A DNA stretch of 64,000 nt from an uncultured Verrucomicrobiae bacterium (GTDB taxonomy: Bacteria; Verrucomicrobiota; Verrucomicrobiia; Chthoniobacterales; JAFAMB01), in contig CAVXLD010000001.1 in NCBI GenBank assembly GCA_963762565.1, positions 1,339,331 to 1,403,330 of the forward strand, in the 5' to 3' direction. The position numbers and the translations under genes are program-made. The notes below the pieces were generated by a model. The model was not told where the DNA came from. It saw only the letters and a list, made by a program, of their open reading frames with translations, and made no database searches. Shown piece by piece: positions 18,960-29,456 of the stretch (position 1 is its first letter; the number at the start of each line of letters is the position of its first letter).

Positions 18960-19559
18960 CTAGCTGCCGGCTGGCGCGGGCAGATTATCCAAAGCCAGAT
19001 TTAATTTCAGAACGTTGACTCCGGGCTCACCGCCGATCCGCAAAAAAGAATGCTCGGTGGCGGCCTGAATCGCCTTCTTAACCACCGCGATGTCGAGGTT
19101 ACGGGCTTTAGCCACCCGAGGCGCCTGTAGCAACGCGTTTTCGGCGCTGATATGTGGGTCCAGGCCGCTTCCGGATGCGGTCACCGCGTCAGCGGGAACC
19201 AGAATACTGTCCGCTAACCCGTTTTCTTTGCGATAGGCTTCAACGTTTTGTTTGATCTGGTCGATCAACTTCTGCGATGTCGGGCCCAAGTTGGAACCGC
19301 CAGACGCCGTCGGGTCATAACCTGTGCCGGCAGAAGACGGGCGCGGCTGGAAATATTTCTCACCGCTAAACCCCTGAGCTAGCAAAGCCGACCCCACGAT
19401 GGTGCCGTCTTTCGCTTCGATTAGGCTGCCGTTAGCTTGATACGGAAAAACCACTTGGCCAATCGCCCAGATTACCAACGGGTAGAGGCCACTGCAGATA
19501 ATCGCCAGGACGATGGTGGCGATAATCGAGGTCTTGAGATCCAAGAGAAAAGTTTTCAT
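18960..19559 (-). CDS. kdpC: K+-transporting ATPase subunit C
   Basis: ANGSL, YFQPRPS, SNLGP, DAVTASGSGLDPHIS and VNVLKLNLALD motifs. Confidence 0.97.
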   Translation of the reverse strand: MKTFLLDLKTSIIATIVLAIICSGLYPLVIWAIGQVVFPYQANGSLIEAKDGTIVGSALLAQGFSGEKYFQPRPSSAGTGYDPTASGGSNLGPTSQKLIDQIKQNVEAYRKENGLADSILVPADAVTASGSGLDPHISAENALLQAPRVAKARNLDIAVVKKAIQAATEHSFLRIGGEPGVNVLKLNLALDNLPAPAGS

Positions 19560-19574
19560 TGTCTTCTGAGAGTG

Positions 19575-21593
19575 TTAAGCGAGGTGAATAAAGGTGATGA
19601 ACATGTCGATCAGCTTAATCCCGATAAACGGCAGGATGATGCCGCCAAGTCCGTAGATCAGTAGATTTCGCTGCAAGATTTTAGCTGCTCCCAAAGGCCG
19701 GAACTTTACGCCCTTCAACGCCAGCGGGATCAACGCCACGATGATCACGGCATTGAAAATAACCGCGCTGAGAATCGCGCTATTAGTCGTCTTTAACCCC
19801 ATGACGTTGAGGGGAGCGATCAAAGGGAATTTCTCCATCAACATGGCCGGAATGATGGCGAAATACTTGGCCACATCGTTCGCAATGCTGAAGGTGGTTA
19901 GCGCACCGCGGGTGATTAAGAGCTGTTTACCGATCTCAACGATTTCAATCAGCTTGGTCGGGTTGGAATCCAGATCGACCATGTTGCCGGCTTCTTTAGC
20001 GGCTTGCGTTCCGGTATTCATAGCCACACCCACATCCGCTTGAGCTAACGCCGGTGCGTCATTGGTGCCGTCTCCCGTCATCGCCACCAGGTGTCCTTGC
20101 GCTTGTTCCTCCCGAATCCGGGCCAGTTTATCTTCCGGCTTCGCTTCGTACAGGAAATCATCAACCCCAGCTTCTTTGGCAATCGCGGCCGCGGTTAACC
20201 GGTTGTCACCGGTAATCATCACGGTCTTAATACCCATTGCCCGGAACCGCTCGAATCGGTCAGCTAAGCCCCCTTTAACGATATCTTTCAGACGGATAGT
20301 TCCGAGCACTTCCGCGTTACGAGCGACCACGAGCGGCGTAGCGCCTTCACTGGAGATCGTGACCACATCTTTCTCGACCGCTTCCGGCAACTTTCCACCG
20401 ACAAATTTGCGAACTGCGTCGGCAGCCCCTTTCCGATAGCTCGAGTGGTCGATATCCACACCGCTCATTCGGGTTTGGGCCGTGAACGGGATAAAATCGG
20501 CGTGTCCTAATTCATGAATCTCACGCCCTCGAATACCAAGACCTTTGGCGAGCACAACGATACTTCTCCCCTCCGGAGTTTCGTCCGCTAACGAAGCGAG
20601 TTGAGCTGCGTCCGCTAGAGTCTGCCGGTCCACATTCGGGGCAGGCAGGAACTCGGTTGCCTGGCGATTGCCCAGGGTGATAGTGCCGGTCTTGTCCAGT
20701 AACAAAACGTCGACATCGCCAGATGCTTCGACCGAACGGCCGCTCATAGCCAAAACATTCTTCTGAACGAGACGATCAATACCGGCGATCCCGATTGCGC
20801 TTAACAGACCGCCGATTGTGGTCGGGATTAAACAAACTAAAAGCGCAACCAGCACCGGGATCGAGAAATCGACACCGGAATAGATCCCGTAAGCCTTCAT
20901 CGACATCATCGCGATCAGGAAAATCAGGGTCAAGGCCGACAACAAAATGGTGAGCGCAATTTCGTTCGGTGTTTTCTGCCTTGCTGCGCCTTCAACCAAA
21001 CTAATCATTCGATCCAGAAAGGTCTCACCCGGATTCGAGGTAATTCGGATCTTGAGAATGTCCGAGAGAACCTTCGTTCCTCCAGTAACCGCGCTGCGGT
21101 CACCACCGGCTTCACGAATCACCGGTGCAGATTCTCCGGTGATAGCCGATTCGTCCACCGTTGCTGCGCCTTCGATCACGTCGCCGTCACCCGGAATTAA
21201 TTCACCGGCCTTGACCAGGACGATGTCCTCTTTGCGCAGCTGTTCCGCTGCCACCTGCTCAGTCTGATCGCTACCGTTTGTCAACCGGTTGGCAAATGTC
21301 TGGGTTCGAGTCGCTCGTAAAGCTTTGGCTTGGGCTTTACCGCGCCCCTCGGCCATTGCCTCAGCGAAGTTGGCGAATAGAACCGTGAACCAAAGCCAGA
21401 GCGCAATCTGGGTCAAAAACAGAAGGTCGCCGCGACCTTCAAATAAGACCACGGTTGTGATCGCCGCGCCAACTTCCGTCACGAACATGACCGGGTTTCT
21501 GGCGAGCGTGACCGGATTGAGTTTCTTGAATGACTCCCCAATCGCCGGCACTACGATCGACGGATCAAAAATAGAATGTTGCTTTGCAGCCAT
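19575..21593 (-). CDS. kdpB: K+-transporting ATPase subunit B
   Basis: P-type ATPase motifs DKTGT, TGES, MITGDN and [15 protein letters not shown]. Confidence 0.98.
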   Translation of the reverse strand: MAAKQHSIFDPSIVVPAIGESFKKLNPVTLARNPVMFVTEVGAAITTVVLFEGRGDLLFLTQIALWLWFTVLFANFAEAMAEGRGKAQAKALRATRTQTFANRLTNGSDQTEQVAAEQLRKEDIVLVKAGELIPGDGDVIEGAATVDESAITGESAPVIREAGGDRSAVTGGTKVLSDILKIRITSNPGETFLDRMISLVEGAARQKTPNEIALTILLSALTLIFLIAMMSMKAYGIYSGVDFSIPVLVALLVCLIPTTIGGLLSAIGIAGIDRLVQKNVLAMSGRSVEASGDVDVLLLDKTGTITLGNRQATEFLPAPNVDRQTLADAAQLASLADETPEGRSIVVLAKGLGIRGREIHELGHADFIPFTAQTRMSGVDIDHSSYRKGAADAVRKFVGGKLPEAVEKDVVTISSEGATPLVVARNAEVLGTIRLKDIVKGGLADRFERFRAMGIKTVMITGDNRLTAAAIAKEAGVDDFLYEAKPEDKLARIREEQAQGHLVAMTGDGTNDAPALAQADVGVAMNTGTQAAKEAGNMVDLDSNPTKLIEIVEIGKQLLITRGALTTFSIANDVAKYFAIIPAMLMEKFPLIAPLNVMGLKTTNSAILSAVIFNAVIIVALIPLALKGVKFRPLGAAKILQRNLLIYGLGGIILPFIGIKLIDMFITFIHLA

Positions 21594-21637
21594 AGATAAC
21601 TTTCAGGTCCGTTAACTCGTTCGCTTGGTTTAACCGC

Positions 21638-23455
21638 TTAGTAGGTTTTACCTCCGTACATCAGGAAGTGCTCCAGGATTGGCCCCAGAGACAAGGCCGG
21701 GAAAAATGTGAGAGCACCCACTAACAGAATGGTGCCGATCAGCAAAATAACGAATATGGGACCACTTACTGGGAAGGTTCCCGCTCCAGTCGCGACCAGT
21801 TTCTTGCGAGCTAGCGAGCCGGCCAGAGCCATGACCGGGATAATCATCCCAAATCGCCCAACTAACATCGCGAATCCCAGGGTAATATCGTAATGCGGAT
21901 CTCCGTTGGTGGGAGCAGCGGTTAGTCCGGCAAATGCGCTCCCATTGTTTCCGGTACAGGAAGTAAAAGCATACAAGATCTCGCTCAGGCCGTGTGGCCC
22001 CAGATTATTCCGCCCGGCCTGCCCCCAATCCGTGACCGATGCCCAGCCGGAAAAACCTAAAATAGAGAAAGACATCAACAAAATTCCGAATGCCGCCATC
22101 TTCACGTCATAAGATTCGATCTTCTTTCCCAGATATTCGGGTGTTCGGCCTACCATTAGGCCGGCGATGAAGACCGCTAGTACCACGAAGAGAATCATCC
22201 CATAGAGTCCGGCGCCCACACCGCCGAAAATAATCTCGCCTAGTTGAATATTGAGCATCGGGATTAGTCCGCCGAGCGGAGTGAAGGAATCGTGCATTGA
22301 GTTCACGGCGCCGCAGGAGGCATCAGTCGTAATGGTGGCAAAAAGTGCGGAGTTCGTAATACCGAACCGTACTTCCTTACCCTCCATGTTGCCGTCCGCA
22401 TGATTAACTCCAAGCGCTGTTACCTGCGGGTTACCCGCGGCTTCGCATCCCCAACAAATGACAAAACCGATGACAAACACTAAAGCCATCGTAGTCCAGA
22501 CCGCCCAGCCATGTTTCTGGCTCTTTATCATTCGTCCGAGGTAGTAAGTGAGGGCGCTGGGAATAGCGAAGATAGAGAGCATCTGAATGAAATTGGAGAG
22601 CGGCGTCGGGTTTTCGAACGGATGCGCAGCATTAGCGTTAAGAAATCCGCCACCGTTGGTGCCTAGCATCTTAATCGCCATTTGCGAAGCCATCGGTCCT
22701 TCGGTGATGGTTTGCGAATCGACCGTTTGCTCCTCCATAACCGGATTGCCTTTGGCGTCGTTCACGGGATTGCCATTCGCGTCCTTCTTGGGAACCTGGA
22801 CCTTTTGCGCCTCCACCACCTTAGCCGTTTGATACGGTTTGAAGTTCTGCGGTACTCCCTGCCAGACCAAGAATACGGCGTAGACTATGCAGATCGGTAA
22901 CAGCAGGTAGTAAGTGATCCGAACCAGATCCACCCAGAAATTGCCGAGGGTTTTAGCGGTATGACGAGCAATCCCACGGACGACTGCAGCCGCTACGGCG
23001 ATACCGACGGCTGCGGACATAAAATTGTGCAGAGCCAAACCGACCATTTGAGAGAAATAGCTCATGGTCGATTCCCCGGAATAACTCTGCCAGTTAGTAT
23101 TGGTAGAAAAGCTAATCGCCGTGTTGAACGCGATGTGGTCGGTAACCGCCTGAAATGTTTTCGGATCCTGGTTTAGAGGTAGGAAGCCCTGCAGACGCAG
23201 AATTCCGTAAGTAAACAAAACCGTAACCGCGGTGAACACCAACATCGCGATGGTGTACTGAAGCCAGGATTGCTCTTTTTCCGGATCGACTCCAAAGAGC
23301 CGATAAGTGAGCCTTTCCACGGGTTTAACCACCGGATCCAGGAAGGTCTTGCCCTGGGTGTCCAAGACCTGAACGAGATAGATACCGAGCGGTTTAGTAA
23401 TCGCTAAGAGGACGATCAAATAGATCGCCAATTCCAGCCAGCCTAGGATGTTCAT
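21638..23455 (-). CDS. kdpA: K+-transporting ATPase subunit A
   Basis: TNTNWQSYSGE, KMLGTNGGG, GAVNSMHDS and GNNGSAFAG motifs. Confidence 0.98.
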   Translation of the reverse strand: MNILGWLELAIYLIVLLAITKPLGIYLVQVLDTQGKTFLDPVVKPVERLTYRLFGVDPEKEQSWLQYTIAMLVFTAVTVLFTYGILRLQGFLPLNQDPKTFQAVTDHIAFNTAISFSTNTNWQSYSGESTMSYFSQMVGLALHNFMSAAVGIAVAAAVVRGIARHTAKTLGNFWVDLVRITYYLLLPICIVYAVFLVWQGVPQNFKPYQTAKVVEAQKVQVPKKDANGNPVNDAKGNPVMEEQTVDSQTITEGPMASQMAIKMLGTNGGGFLNANAAHPFENPTPLSNFIQMLSIFAIPSALTYYLGRMIKSQKHGWAVWTTMALVFVIGFVICWGCEAAGNPQVTALGVNHADGNMEGKEVRFGITNSALFATITTDASCGAVNSMHDSFTPLGGLIPMLNIQLGEIIFGGVGAGLYGMILFVVLAVFIAGLMVGRTPEYLGKKIESYDVKMAAFGILLMSFSILGFSGWASVTDWGQAGRNNLGPHGLSEILYAFTSCTGNNGSAFAGLTAAPTNGDPHYDITLGFAMLVGRFGMIIPVMALAGSLARKKLVATGAGTFPVSGPIFVILLIGTILLVGALTFFPALSLGPILEHFLMYGGKTY

Positions 23456-23479
23456 GTTCTATTTAATTTAAAGCGGCGG

Positions 23480-23563
23480 TTAAAACTTCTCCGGCCGAAT
23501 CATGCTGAAGATCAGGTAGACGATAAGTCCGATTGAAACGATACCGACGAGTACATTTTCCAT
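23480..23563 (-). CDS. kdpF: K+-transporting ATPase subunit F
   Basis: Manual translation MENVLVGIVSIGLIVYLIFSMIRPEKF; YL...L/I.PEKF signature immediately upstream of kdpA. Confidence 0.92.
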   Translation of the reverse strand: MENVLVGIVSIGLIVYLIFSMIRPEKF

Positions 23564-23582
23564 AGAGAGTCAGTTTATAAAA

Positions 23583-23666
23583 CTAGACATTTTTACAGCC
23601 CCACGCGAAAAGCGTCAGAACGACGAACGATCCGATAGAGATTCCGATATAAATAATATCAGCCAT
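23583..23666 (-). CDS. Small hydrophobic peptide upstream of kdpF (27 aa)
   Basis: Manual translation MADIIYIGISIGSFVVLTLFAWGCKNV; one TM helix, in operon position. Confidence 0.7.
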   Translation of the reverse strand: MADIIYIGISIGSFVVLTLFAWGCKNV

Positions 23667-23705
23667 AATGATAGGTTAGTTTCTTTGAGTTTCCTTAGGC
23701 GCGGG

Positions 23706-24398
23706 TTAATCAGGATGATTGGCTTGGGTGCGGCGCGGTTCGATCGGCTCGGCGGGATGAAGCGCTTGGAAGACCCGGCGCAGTCCTTCTTTGGCGGCAA
23801 CATTGTTTCCATCCAGTTTTATGGCCGCTTCGAAGAGCTTGCGGGCGCGCTCGATATCGCCGGTTCGTTCCGCCAACTCGCCGGCTAAATTGAAACTATC
23901 GGGTGAGTTAGTATTGAGTTCAATCGCGTGCAGGACGTGTCCTTTAGCAGCTCCCAGATCGCCTGTCTCCATCAGGCGGCGTGCTTCGCTGGCCGAGCGC
24001 TCGAAATCTATCACCTCGGCTTTTTTTCCGGACTGATCGTTGCGAGCGAGAACTTCCTGCACCACCTGGCGCAGATCCTCGGGCGTGAGCGGTTTTTGCA
24101 AGAAGTCGCTCGCCCCAAGTTGGATTGCACGCACCGCGTTAGGCACATCACTGAAGGCGGTAATAATGATCGCCGGTATGTTAATTCTTTGCGCGCGCAT
24201 GGCAGCCAACAGATCGAGGCCGCCCATCCTGGGCATCCGCATATCCAGAATGACCAGGTCAAATTTATCGACTTTCAGCTTCTTGAGTCCTTCGGTGCTT
24301 AGCCCGGTCTCATCAACCTCGTACCCCTCCAGCTCTAAAGTGACCCGGTAGTTCAACCGGACATTGGGTTCGTCATCGACGATAAGAATCCGTTTCAT
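23706..24398 (-). CDS. Response regulator (REC domain + C-terminal TPR-like helices)
   Basis: ILIVDDE, LDMRMPRMGG and FLQKP motifs; overlaps the kinase stop (ATGA). Confidence 0.88.
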   Translation of the reverse strand: MKRILIVDDEPNVRLNYRVTLELEGYEVDETGLSTEGLKKLKVDKFDLVILDMRMPRMGGLDLLAAMRAQRINIPAIIITAFSDVPNAVRAIQLGASDFLQKPLTPEDLRQVVQEVLARNDQSGKKAEVIDFERSASEARRLMETGDLGAAKGHVLHAIELNTNSPDSFNLAGELAERTGDIERARKLFEAAIKLDGNNVAAKEGLRRVFQALHPAEPIEPRRTQANHPD

Positions 24399-26194
24399 GC
24401 CGCCTTTCGTTCTGCCAGAGGGAGATCGAAGTAGAACTCGCTTCCTTCCCCAGACCGGCTTTCCAAACCAATGGTGCCGCCATGGCTTAGCACGATCTCG
24501 CGTGCGATAGCTAATCCCAAGCCAACTCCGCCGCGTTCAGTCCCGGGAATCCGGTAGAACCGTTCGAAAATCTTGGATTGATACTCCAAGGGTATACCGT
24601 TACCGCGGTCGATTACAGAAAATCTAATTCCGTCCCCAATCCGTTTGGCCCGAATTAATATCTCACTCCCCGGCTGCGAATGTTTAGCGGCGTTTGAAAC
24701 CAGGTTAGAGAATACGTGCCGGATCTGTTGAAGGTCGACAGCCACCGGCTCAAGGTCCGGTTCCGCTTCGAATTTCAGGCGGCTACCGTGGGCTTCAACG
24801 GTGGGTTCCAGATCCTGCACCACGCTCGTAATCAACGTCTTGGGATAAACCTTCTGGAACGTGCTCTGAGCGGTATCAGATTCTAGCCGCGCCAGGTCCA
24901 GAAGATCATTAATTATCTTGAGCAACCGCTCCGAATCCTCGCGGGCCGCCAGCATGAGTTCGGTCTGTTTTGTGTTCAGCGATCCGATTCGCTCCTCCAA
25001 GAGCAAATGCAACCCCATGCGGATGCTGGTCAACGGCGTTTTTAACTCGTGGCTAACCGTCGAAACCAAATTGGTCTTCACTTCGTCCATCAGACGAAAA
25101 CGAGTGACATCTTGCAGGATCATGGCGGCGCCGAACAGATTACCCGTCTCGTCCCGCATCCCGATGATACGAGGAAGCAGATGAAGATCGTATCCGTGTA
25201 GCCTAAGGGAGATGGCTTTTTCGAAGCTGGCGGGTAAGAAATCAGGGGCACCTCGCAGGACGTTTTCGACTTCCGGCAGCAACGCATCCGGTAGATGCCC
25301 GTTCAGCTTGGCCAAAAGGCGTTCCGCAGCCGGGTTCGTGAAACTAAATTTTTTGTCTGGGGTATAAGCGAAGATCGGGTCAGGAAACGCAGAGAGCGTG
25401 ATCTCGGTCATTTGCCTGGCCTGAAGGACCTGGTCAGTAGTGACTTGCCGATAGGCGCGCAGCTTCGACGCCAACTTGTTGAACGCAGCAGCCAGCTGGC
25501 TCATTTCGTCATGCCCAGACACCGGCACCAGTTGGTCGAGGTTACCCTCCCCCAGCTCTTTGGCGACTGAGGTCAACCTATGCAGCGATCGAACAATTGA
25601 ACGCTGCAACCAGTACGCGAAAAATAAACTAGCGGCGATCCCGATCGCGACCGCTAACGAAAGGTAGCGGCTGGAATTTGTGCTTAATGAGCGCGCTCCC
25701 TGGTTTTCATTCAACATGTTCTCTTCGTTGATACGAATAACCTGCTGGGCCGTGTCTTTGATCTTGGTTCCCAGAGGCAGAACTGTCGAAAAGTAGAACT
25801 GGCGCTTTTGATCCGTTCCAGGCTCGTCGTTGAAGCGCTGAACGTCGGATTGGTAAGTGGTGAAGTCTTGCCGGAGGGTATCAGCTAATTGCTGCTCGCC
25901 TGGCAGGGTGATGTTGTGTTCCTCAGCTACCAGATTCTTGGCGAAAACCTCTTGGTTCTGCTGATAGACTTTGATCCCCATTTCGGTTTCACCGATCAAG
26001 GTCAAGACGAGCCCTGAATCCATCGCCTGCAGGCTCTCTCTCATCCGGCGCCCGGCCACCACGCTCCGATAGTTCTCTTTTAGCGTGAGGTCGATTTTTC
26101 CGCCCAGGGCTTTGAGCAACACGATGGCGTAGATGCCGATGCCTGCGAGCAGGACCAAAATCGGGGCTAGCCCTAGAAAAATACGCCTTTTCAT
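24395..26194 (-). CDS. Sensor histidine kinase (2 TM, HAMP, PAS-like, HisKA, HATPase; KinB-like architecture)
   Basis: VSHELKTPLTSI, NLVSNA, DRGNGI and GVGLGLAI motifs. Confidence 0.93.
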   Translation of the reverse strand: MKRRIFLGLAPILVLLAGIGIYAIVLLKALGGKIDLTLKENYRSVVAGRRMRESLQAMDSGLVLTLIGETEMGIKVYQQNQEVFAKNLVAEEHNITLPGEQQLADTLRQDFTTYQSDVQRFNDEPGTDQKRQFYFSTVLPLGTKIKDTAQQVIRINEENMLNENQGARSLSTNSSRYLSLAVAIGIAASLFFAYWLQRSIVRSLHRLTSVAKELGEGNLDQLVPVSGHDEMSQLAAAFNKLASKLRAYRQVTTDQVLQARQMTEITLSAFPDPIFAYTPDKKFSFTNPAAERLLAKLNGHLPDALLPEVENVLRGAPDFLPASFEKAISLRLHGYDLHLLPRIIGMRDETGNLFGAAMILQDVTRFRLMDEVKTNLVSTVSHELKTPLTSIRMGLHLLLEERIGSLNTKQTELMLAAREDSERLLKIINDLLDLARLESDTAQSTFQKVYPKTLITSVVQDLEPTVEAHGSRLKFEAEPDLEPVAVDLQQIRHVFSNLVSNAAKHSQPGSEILIRAKRIGDGIRFSVIDRGNGIPLEYQSKIFERFYRIPGTERGGVGLGLAIAREIVLSHGGTIGLESRSGEGSEFYFDLPLAERKAA

Positions 26195-26236
26195 CTCAAA
26201 CCTTAACCCTAACGCGACGCGCGGGCAGTCCTAAGA

Positions 26237-26252
26237 AGCTGGAGCTGTGCCA
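26237..26252 (-). promoter_or_regulatory. Putative sigma54 -24/-12 promoter for the kinase-regulator-kdp operon
   Basis: Minus strand TGGCACAGCTCCAGCT (GG-N10-GC) ~43 bp above the kinase ATG; candidate enhancer palindromes at 26310-26322 and 26333-26345. Confidence 0.6.
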
Positions 26253-26449
26253 CCCTAAGAATCACTGTTCAAAGTTTTGTGTCTCCCCTAGGGACCGGAT
26301 AGTGGTATGCGCCATTTTGGCGAGCTCGCCGGTCGTATCTTGCGAGATTCCGAACCGAAAGGGTCGCAAACTGCGAGTAACTTCGCGGCTGGCGGTTCGA
26401 ACGCGAGGGAAGGGCGCGCGTCCTCCCAATGAACGCGAGCCCATCGCCG

Positions 26450-26571
26450 GGAGGGATCGCGTCCTCGTCCCGCGGCCGCGGATTATCGAAGTCCACGACA
26501 GACCCAATCCAGCGTCAAAGCAGTTCCCAAATTATCGGCCTATTCGCGGCGCGCGGGGACGCGCGCCCTCC
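26450..26571. mobile_element. GGAG-type REP doublet (REPIN), family B
   Basis: GGAGGGATCGCGTCCTCG ... GGCGCGCGGGGACGCGCGCCCTCC; copies at 33375 and 61165. Confidence 0.8.
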
Positions 26572-26593
26572 CATCTCACCCTTTCGCCCCCCC

Positions 26594-27913
26594 TCAGAGG
26601 CGTTTTTTGCGTCGATAAAGGGTAGCTGGGTCGATTTGAAGGATATGCGCAGCCTCATCAATCGTCCGGGAGTTCGCCAGAACTTTCCGGATGTGCTCGT
26701 TCTCGACTTCCTCGAGGCTGACTCTACCTCCGAGACGAAATTCGGCGGTATTCTGAGCGATATCTCCTAGGTCGCCGGCTTCGATTCGATCGGTCTCCGC
26801 GAGAATCACAGCTCTCTCGATAACGTTCCGCAGCTCTCTCAAGTTACCTGGCCAAGAGTATGCCCGCATTGCTTGCATTGCCTCCGGAGAAAAGGTGAGA
26901 CCGAGTTTGCCGGATCGTCTGGAAAAGAATTGGAGTTGTTTCTCTGCGATCCGCTGCACATCAACGCTGCGATCGCGCAAAGGCGGAATATGAATCGAAA
27001 TAACGTTCAACCGATAATAGAGGTCCTCTCGGAAGCGCCCGGCGGTGACAGCCGGACCGAGGTCTTTATTTGTCGCGGAAATGATTCGCACATCGGCGCG
27101 GCGCGATCGGGTGTCGCCGACTCTTTCGTATTCCTTTTCTTGAAGCAGACGTAAGAGCTTAGCTTGAATCTCGGAAGGCAAATCCCCGATCTCATCAAGA
27201 AATAAGGTCCCGCCTTCAGCCACGGTCACCTTACCCACGGTCTCAGTGAGCGCGCCGGTGAAAGCCCCTTTTACATGCCCAAAAAGCTCGCTCTCCAAGA
27301 GGTCCCGGGAAAGACTAGGGCAGCTGACCGTGACAAAGGGGGCTTTCGCCCGGGAGCTTCGTTCATGCATAGCCCGGGCAAGTACGCTTTTCCCAGTGCC
27401 GCTTTCGCCAAGGAGCAAAACATTGGCCTCGCTGACGGCGGCTTTTATCGCGATATTGAGAACCTTCTCCATTGCCGGCGCCTCTGACTCGAGATCGACG
27501 TCCGGCGCTTCGGTTCTCAATCGGGTCTCAAGCTCCAAGACCCGGTTTTGGAGCCGTCGGGTCCGCTCGATCTTTTCCAGGACCTGGCGGACTTGTTCGG
27601 GAGTGCAGGGTTTGGCTAAGAAATCGAAAGCACCACGCCGCATCGCTTCCACAGCGGTTTCTATCGACGCATAGGCGGTAACGATGACCACCGGCGTGCT
27701 CGGCGCCAAGCGCAGAAGTTCGGCCAACAAATCCAGGCCGCTTTCCTCCTGCAGTTTTAGATCCAAGAGGATGGCATGAAACTCTTCGTCATTGACCAGT
27801 TTCAGGGCTTCAGCGCTCGTGCTCGCCGTCGCCACAGCGTGATTAGCGGATTCGATCGCGGTAGCAAACGCTTGCCGGATATTCTTTTGATCGTCAATTA
27901 CGAGTACACGCAT
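26594..27913 (-). CDS. Sigma54-dependent response regulator (NtrC/AlgB family)
   Basis: REC domain; GESGTGKS, ELFGH.KGAFTGA, LFLDEIG and WPGNLRELRN; Fis-type HTH. Confidence 0.95.
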   Translation of the reverse strand: MRVLVIDDQKNIRQAFATAIESANHAVATASTSAEALKLVNDEEFHAILLDLKLQEESGLDLLAELLRLAPSTPVVIVTAYASIETAVEAMRRGAFDFLAKPCTPEQVRQVLEKIERTRRLQNRVLELETRLRTEAPDVDLESEAPAMEKVLNIAIKAAVSEANVLLLGESGTGKSVLARAMHERSSRAKAPFVTVSCPSLSRDLLESELFGHVKGAFTGALTETVGKVTVAEGGTLFLDEIGDLPSEIQAKLLRLLQEKEYERVGDTRSRRADVRIISATNKDLGPAVTAGRFREDLYYRLNVISIHIPPLRDRSVDVQRIAEKQLQFFSRRSGKLGLTFSPEAMQAMRAYSWPGNLRELRNVIERAVILAETDRIEAGDLGDIAQNTAEFRLGGRVSLEEVENEHIRKVLANSRTIDEAAHILQIDPATLYRRKKRL

Positions 27914-28074
27914 GCCACCTAACCGTTAGTCTTTGATTCCCAGACATCATCAAGACCCCACTAGATCGCCATTGGTGGGAAACGCAAACTCTGGCCATTT
28001 TTGCCAACATGCAACCCAAACCGCCCCAAGCTTGTACGGCGCGGACAAAGCGTTGTTGTTATCTGGACCTGAGC

Positions 28075-28103
28075 TTGACACCTCACTTTGACGACTGTTA
28101 ACT
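28075..28103 (+). promoter_or_regulatory. Putative sigma70 promoter (TTGACA-17 bp-TTAACT) of the sugar ABC operon
   Basis: Perfect -35 box, 17-bp spacer, -10 box 35 nt upstream of the ATG. Confidence 0.6.
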
Positions 28104-28138
28104 GAATACAGACTCCATTCTTGTTCTAGAAACCCCCA

Positions 28139-29434
28139 ATGAACAGTAACAAACTCCCCTCATACGGGCGCATTCTGCCCCGTTCTTTCTTGGCCGCAGC
28201 TGCGGCGGTCTTTATGCCTGCCGCCTTATACGCAGGAGTAACGCTCCATTTCGCCGGGCCTCCCGGCGGGGCGGAATTAGACTTCATGAAGAAGGTGTGT
28301 GACCAATGGGCGCAAAAGACCGGAAATACTGTGCAGCTGATCAGCCGGCCGAATGACACGACCCAGGCTCTACAAACATTTGAACAGTACTGGGCGGCTA
28401 GGAGCGGAGATGTTGATATCTACCAGGTAGACGTCATTTGGCAGGGCATTTGCGCGCCCCACGCTGTGGATCTCAAGAAGTATTATAAAGAGGACGATCT
28501 CAGCCAGTATTTTCCGCGCATCATCCAAAACAACACCGTCAAGGGTAAGCTCGTGTCTATTCCGTTATTCACGGATGCAGGCATTCTGTATTACCGCACC
28601 GACCTTCTGCAGAAATACGGGTATTCCGATCCGCCGAAGACCTGGGTAGATTTGACCGAGATGGCCAAGAAGATCATGGACGGCGAACGTAAAGCCGGTC
28701 AAAGCGATTTCTACGGCTTCGTTTTTCAAGGTAAGTCCAGCGAGACCGTGACCTGTGATGCGCTTGAGTGGGTCTACAGCTACGGAGGTGGGACCATCAT
28801 CGAACCGGACAAGAAGGTCAGCATAAATAATCCAAATGCCATCAAGGCACTTGAAGAGGCGCACAGTTGGGTCGGTACGATCGCTCCTGCCGGTGTGGTG
28901 ACTTACGACGAAGAGCCGGCTCGAAACGTTTGGCAGGACGGCAAAGCTGCCTTTATGCGGAACTGGCCCTACGCTTATTCATTAGGCCAGGATCCGAAGA
29001 GCCCAATCTCAGGAAAATTCGACGTATCCGTACTTCCTAAGGGTCCAGGGCCTGACGGCAAAAACGCGGCGTGCCTTGGCGGCTGGCAATTGATGGTTTC
29101 GACTTATTCCAAAAACGCGGATGTCGCAGCGGACCTGGTTAAATACCTAAGCTCAGCTGAGATTCAGAAGCAACGTGCGATTGAGATCAGCGAGTTGCCG
29201 ACCCGGCCGGCGCTCTACAGCGATCCTGATATCTTAGCGAAGAACCCCTGGTTCAAGAATATTCCCGAGGTTTTGTCGAATGCGGTCGCCCGGCCGTCCA
29301 CGGTAACCGGGGCTGATTACAACCAGATCTCAACTGCTTTCTTTCAGAATGTGAACCAGGTTCTCAGTGGTACTGAAAGCGCGGCGGACGCGGTTAAGAA
29401 GGTCGAGCAAGTAGGAAAACGACTGGTGCGATAG
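28139..29434 (+). CDS. Sugar (trehalose/maltose-type) ABC transporter substrate-binding protein
   Basis: Signal peptide; DVIW, FTDAGILYYRTDLL, FMRNWPYAY and LGGWQL motifs. Confidence 0.9.
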   Translation: MNSNKLPSYGRILPRSFLAAAAAVFMPAALYAGVTLHFAGPPGGAELDFMKKVCDQWAQKTGNTVQLISRPNDTTQALQTFEQYWAARSGDVDIYQVDVIWQGICAPHAVDLKKYYKEDDLSQYFPRIIQNNTVKGKLVSIPLFTDAGILYYRTDLLQKYGYSDPPKTWVDLTEMAKKIMDGERKAGQSDFYGFVFQGKSSETVTCDALEWVYSYGGGTIIEPDKKVSINNPNAIKALEEAHSWVGTIAPAGVVTYDEEPARNVWQDGKAAFMRNWPYAYSLGQDPKSPISGKFDVSVLPKGPGPDGKNAACLGGWQLMVSTYSKNADVAADLVKYLSSAEIQKQRAIEISELPTRPALYSDPDILAKNPWFKNIPEVLSNAVARPSTVTGADYNQISTAFFQNVNQVLSGTESAADAVKKVEQVGKRLVR

Positions 29435-29456
29435 CCCTACAACTGGACACCGAGCA

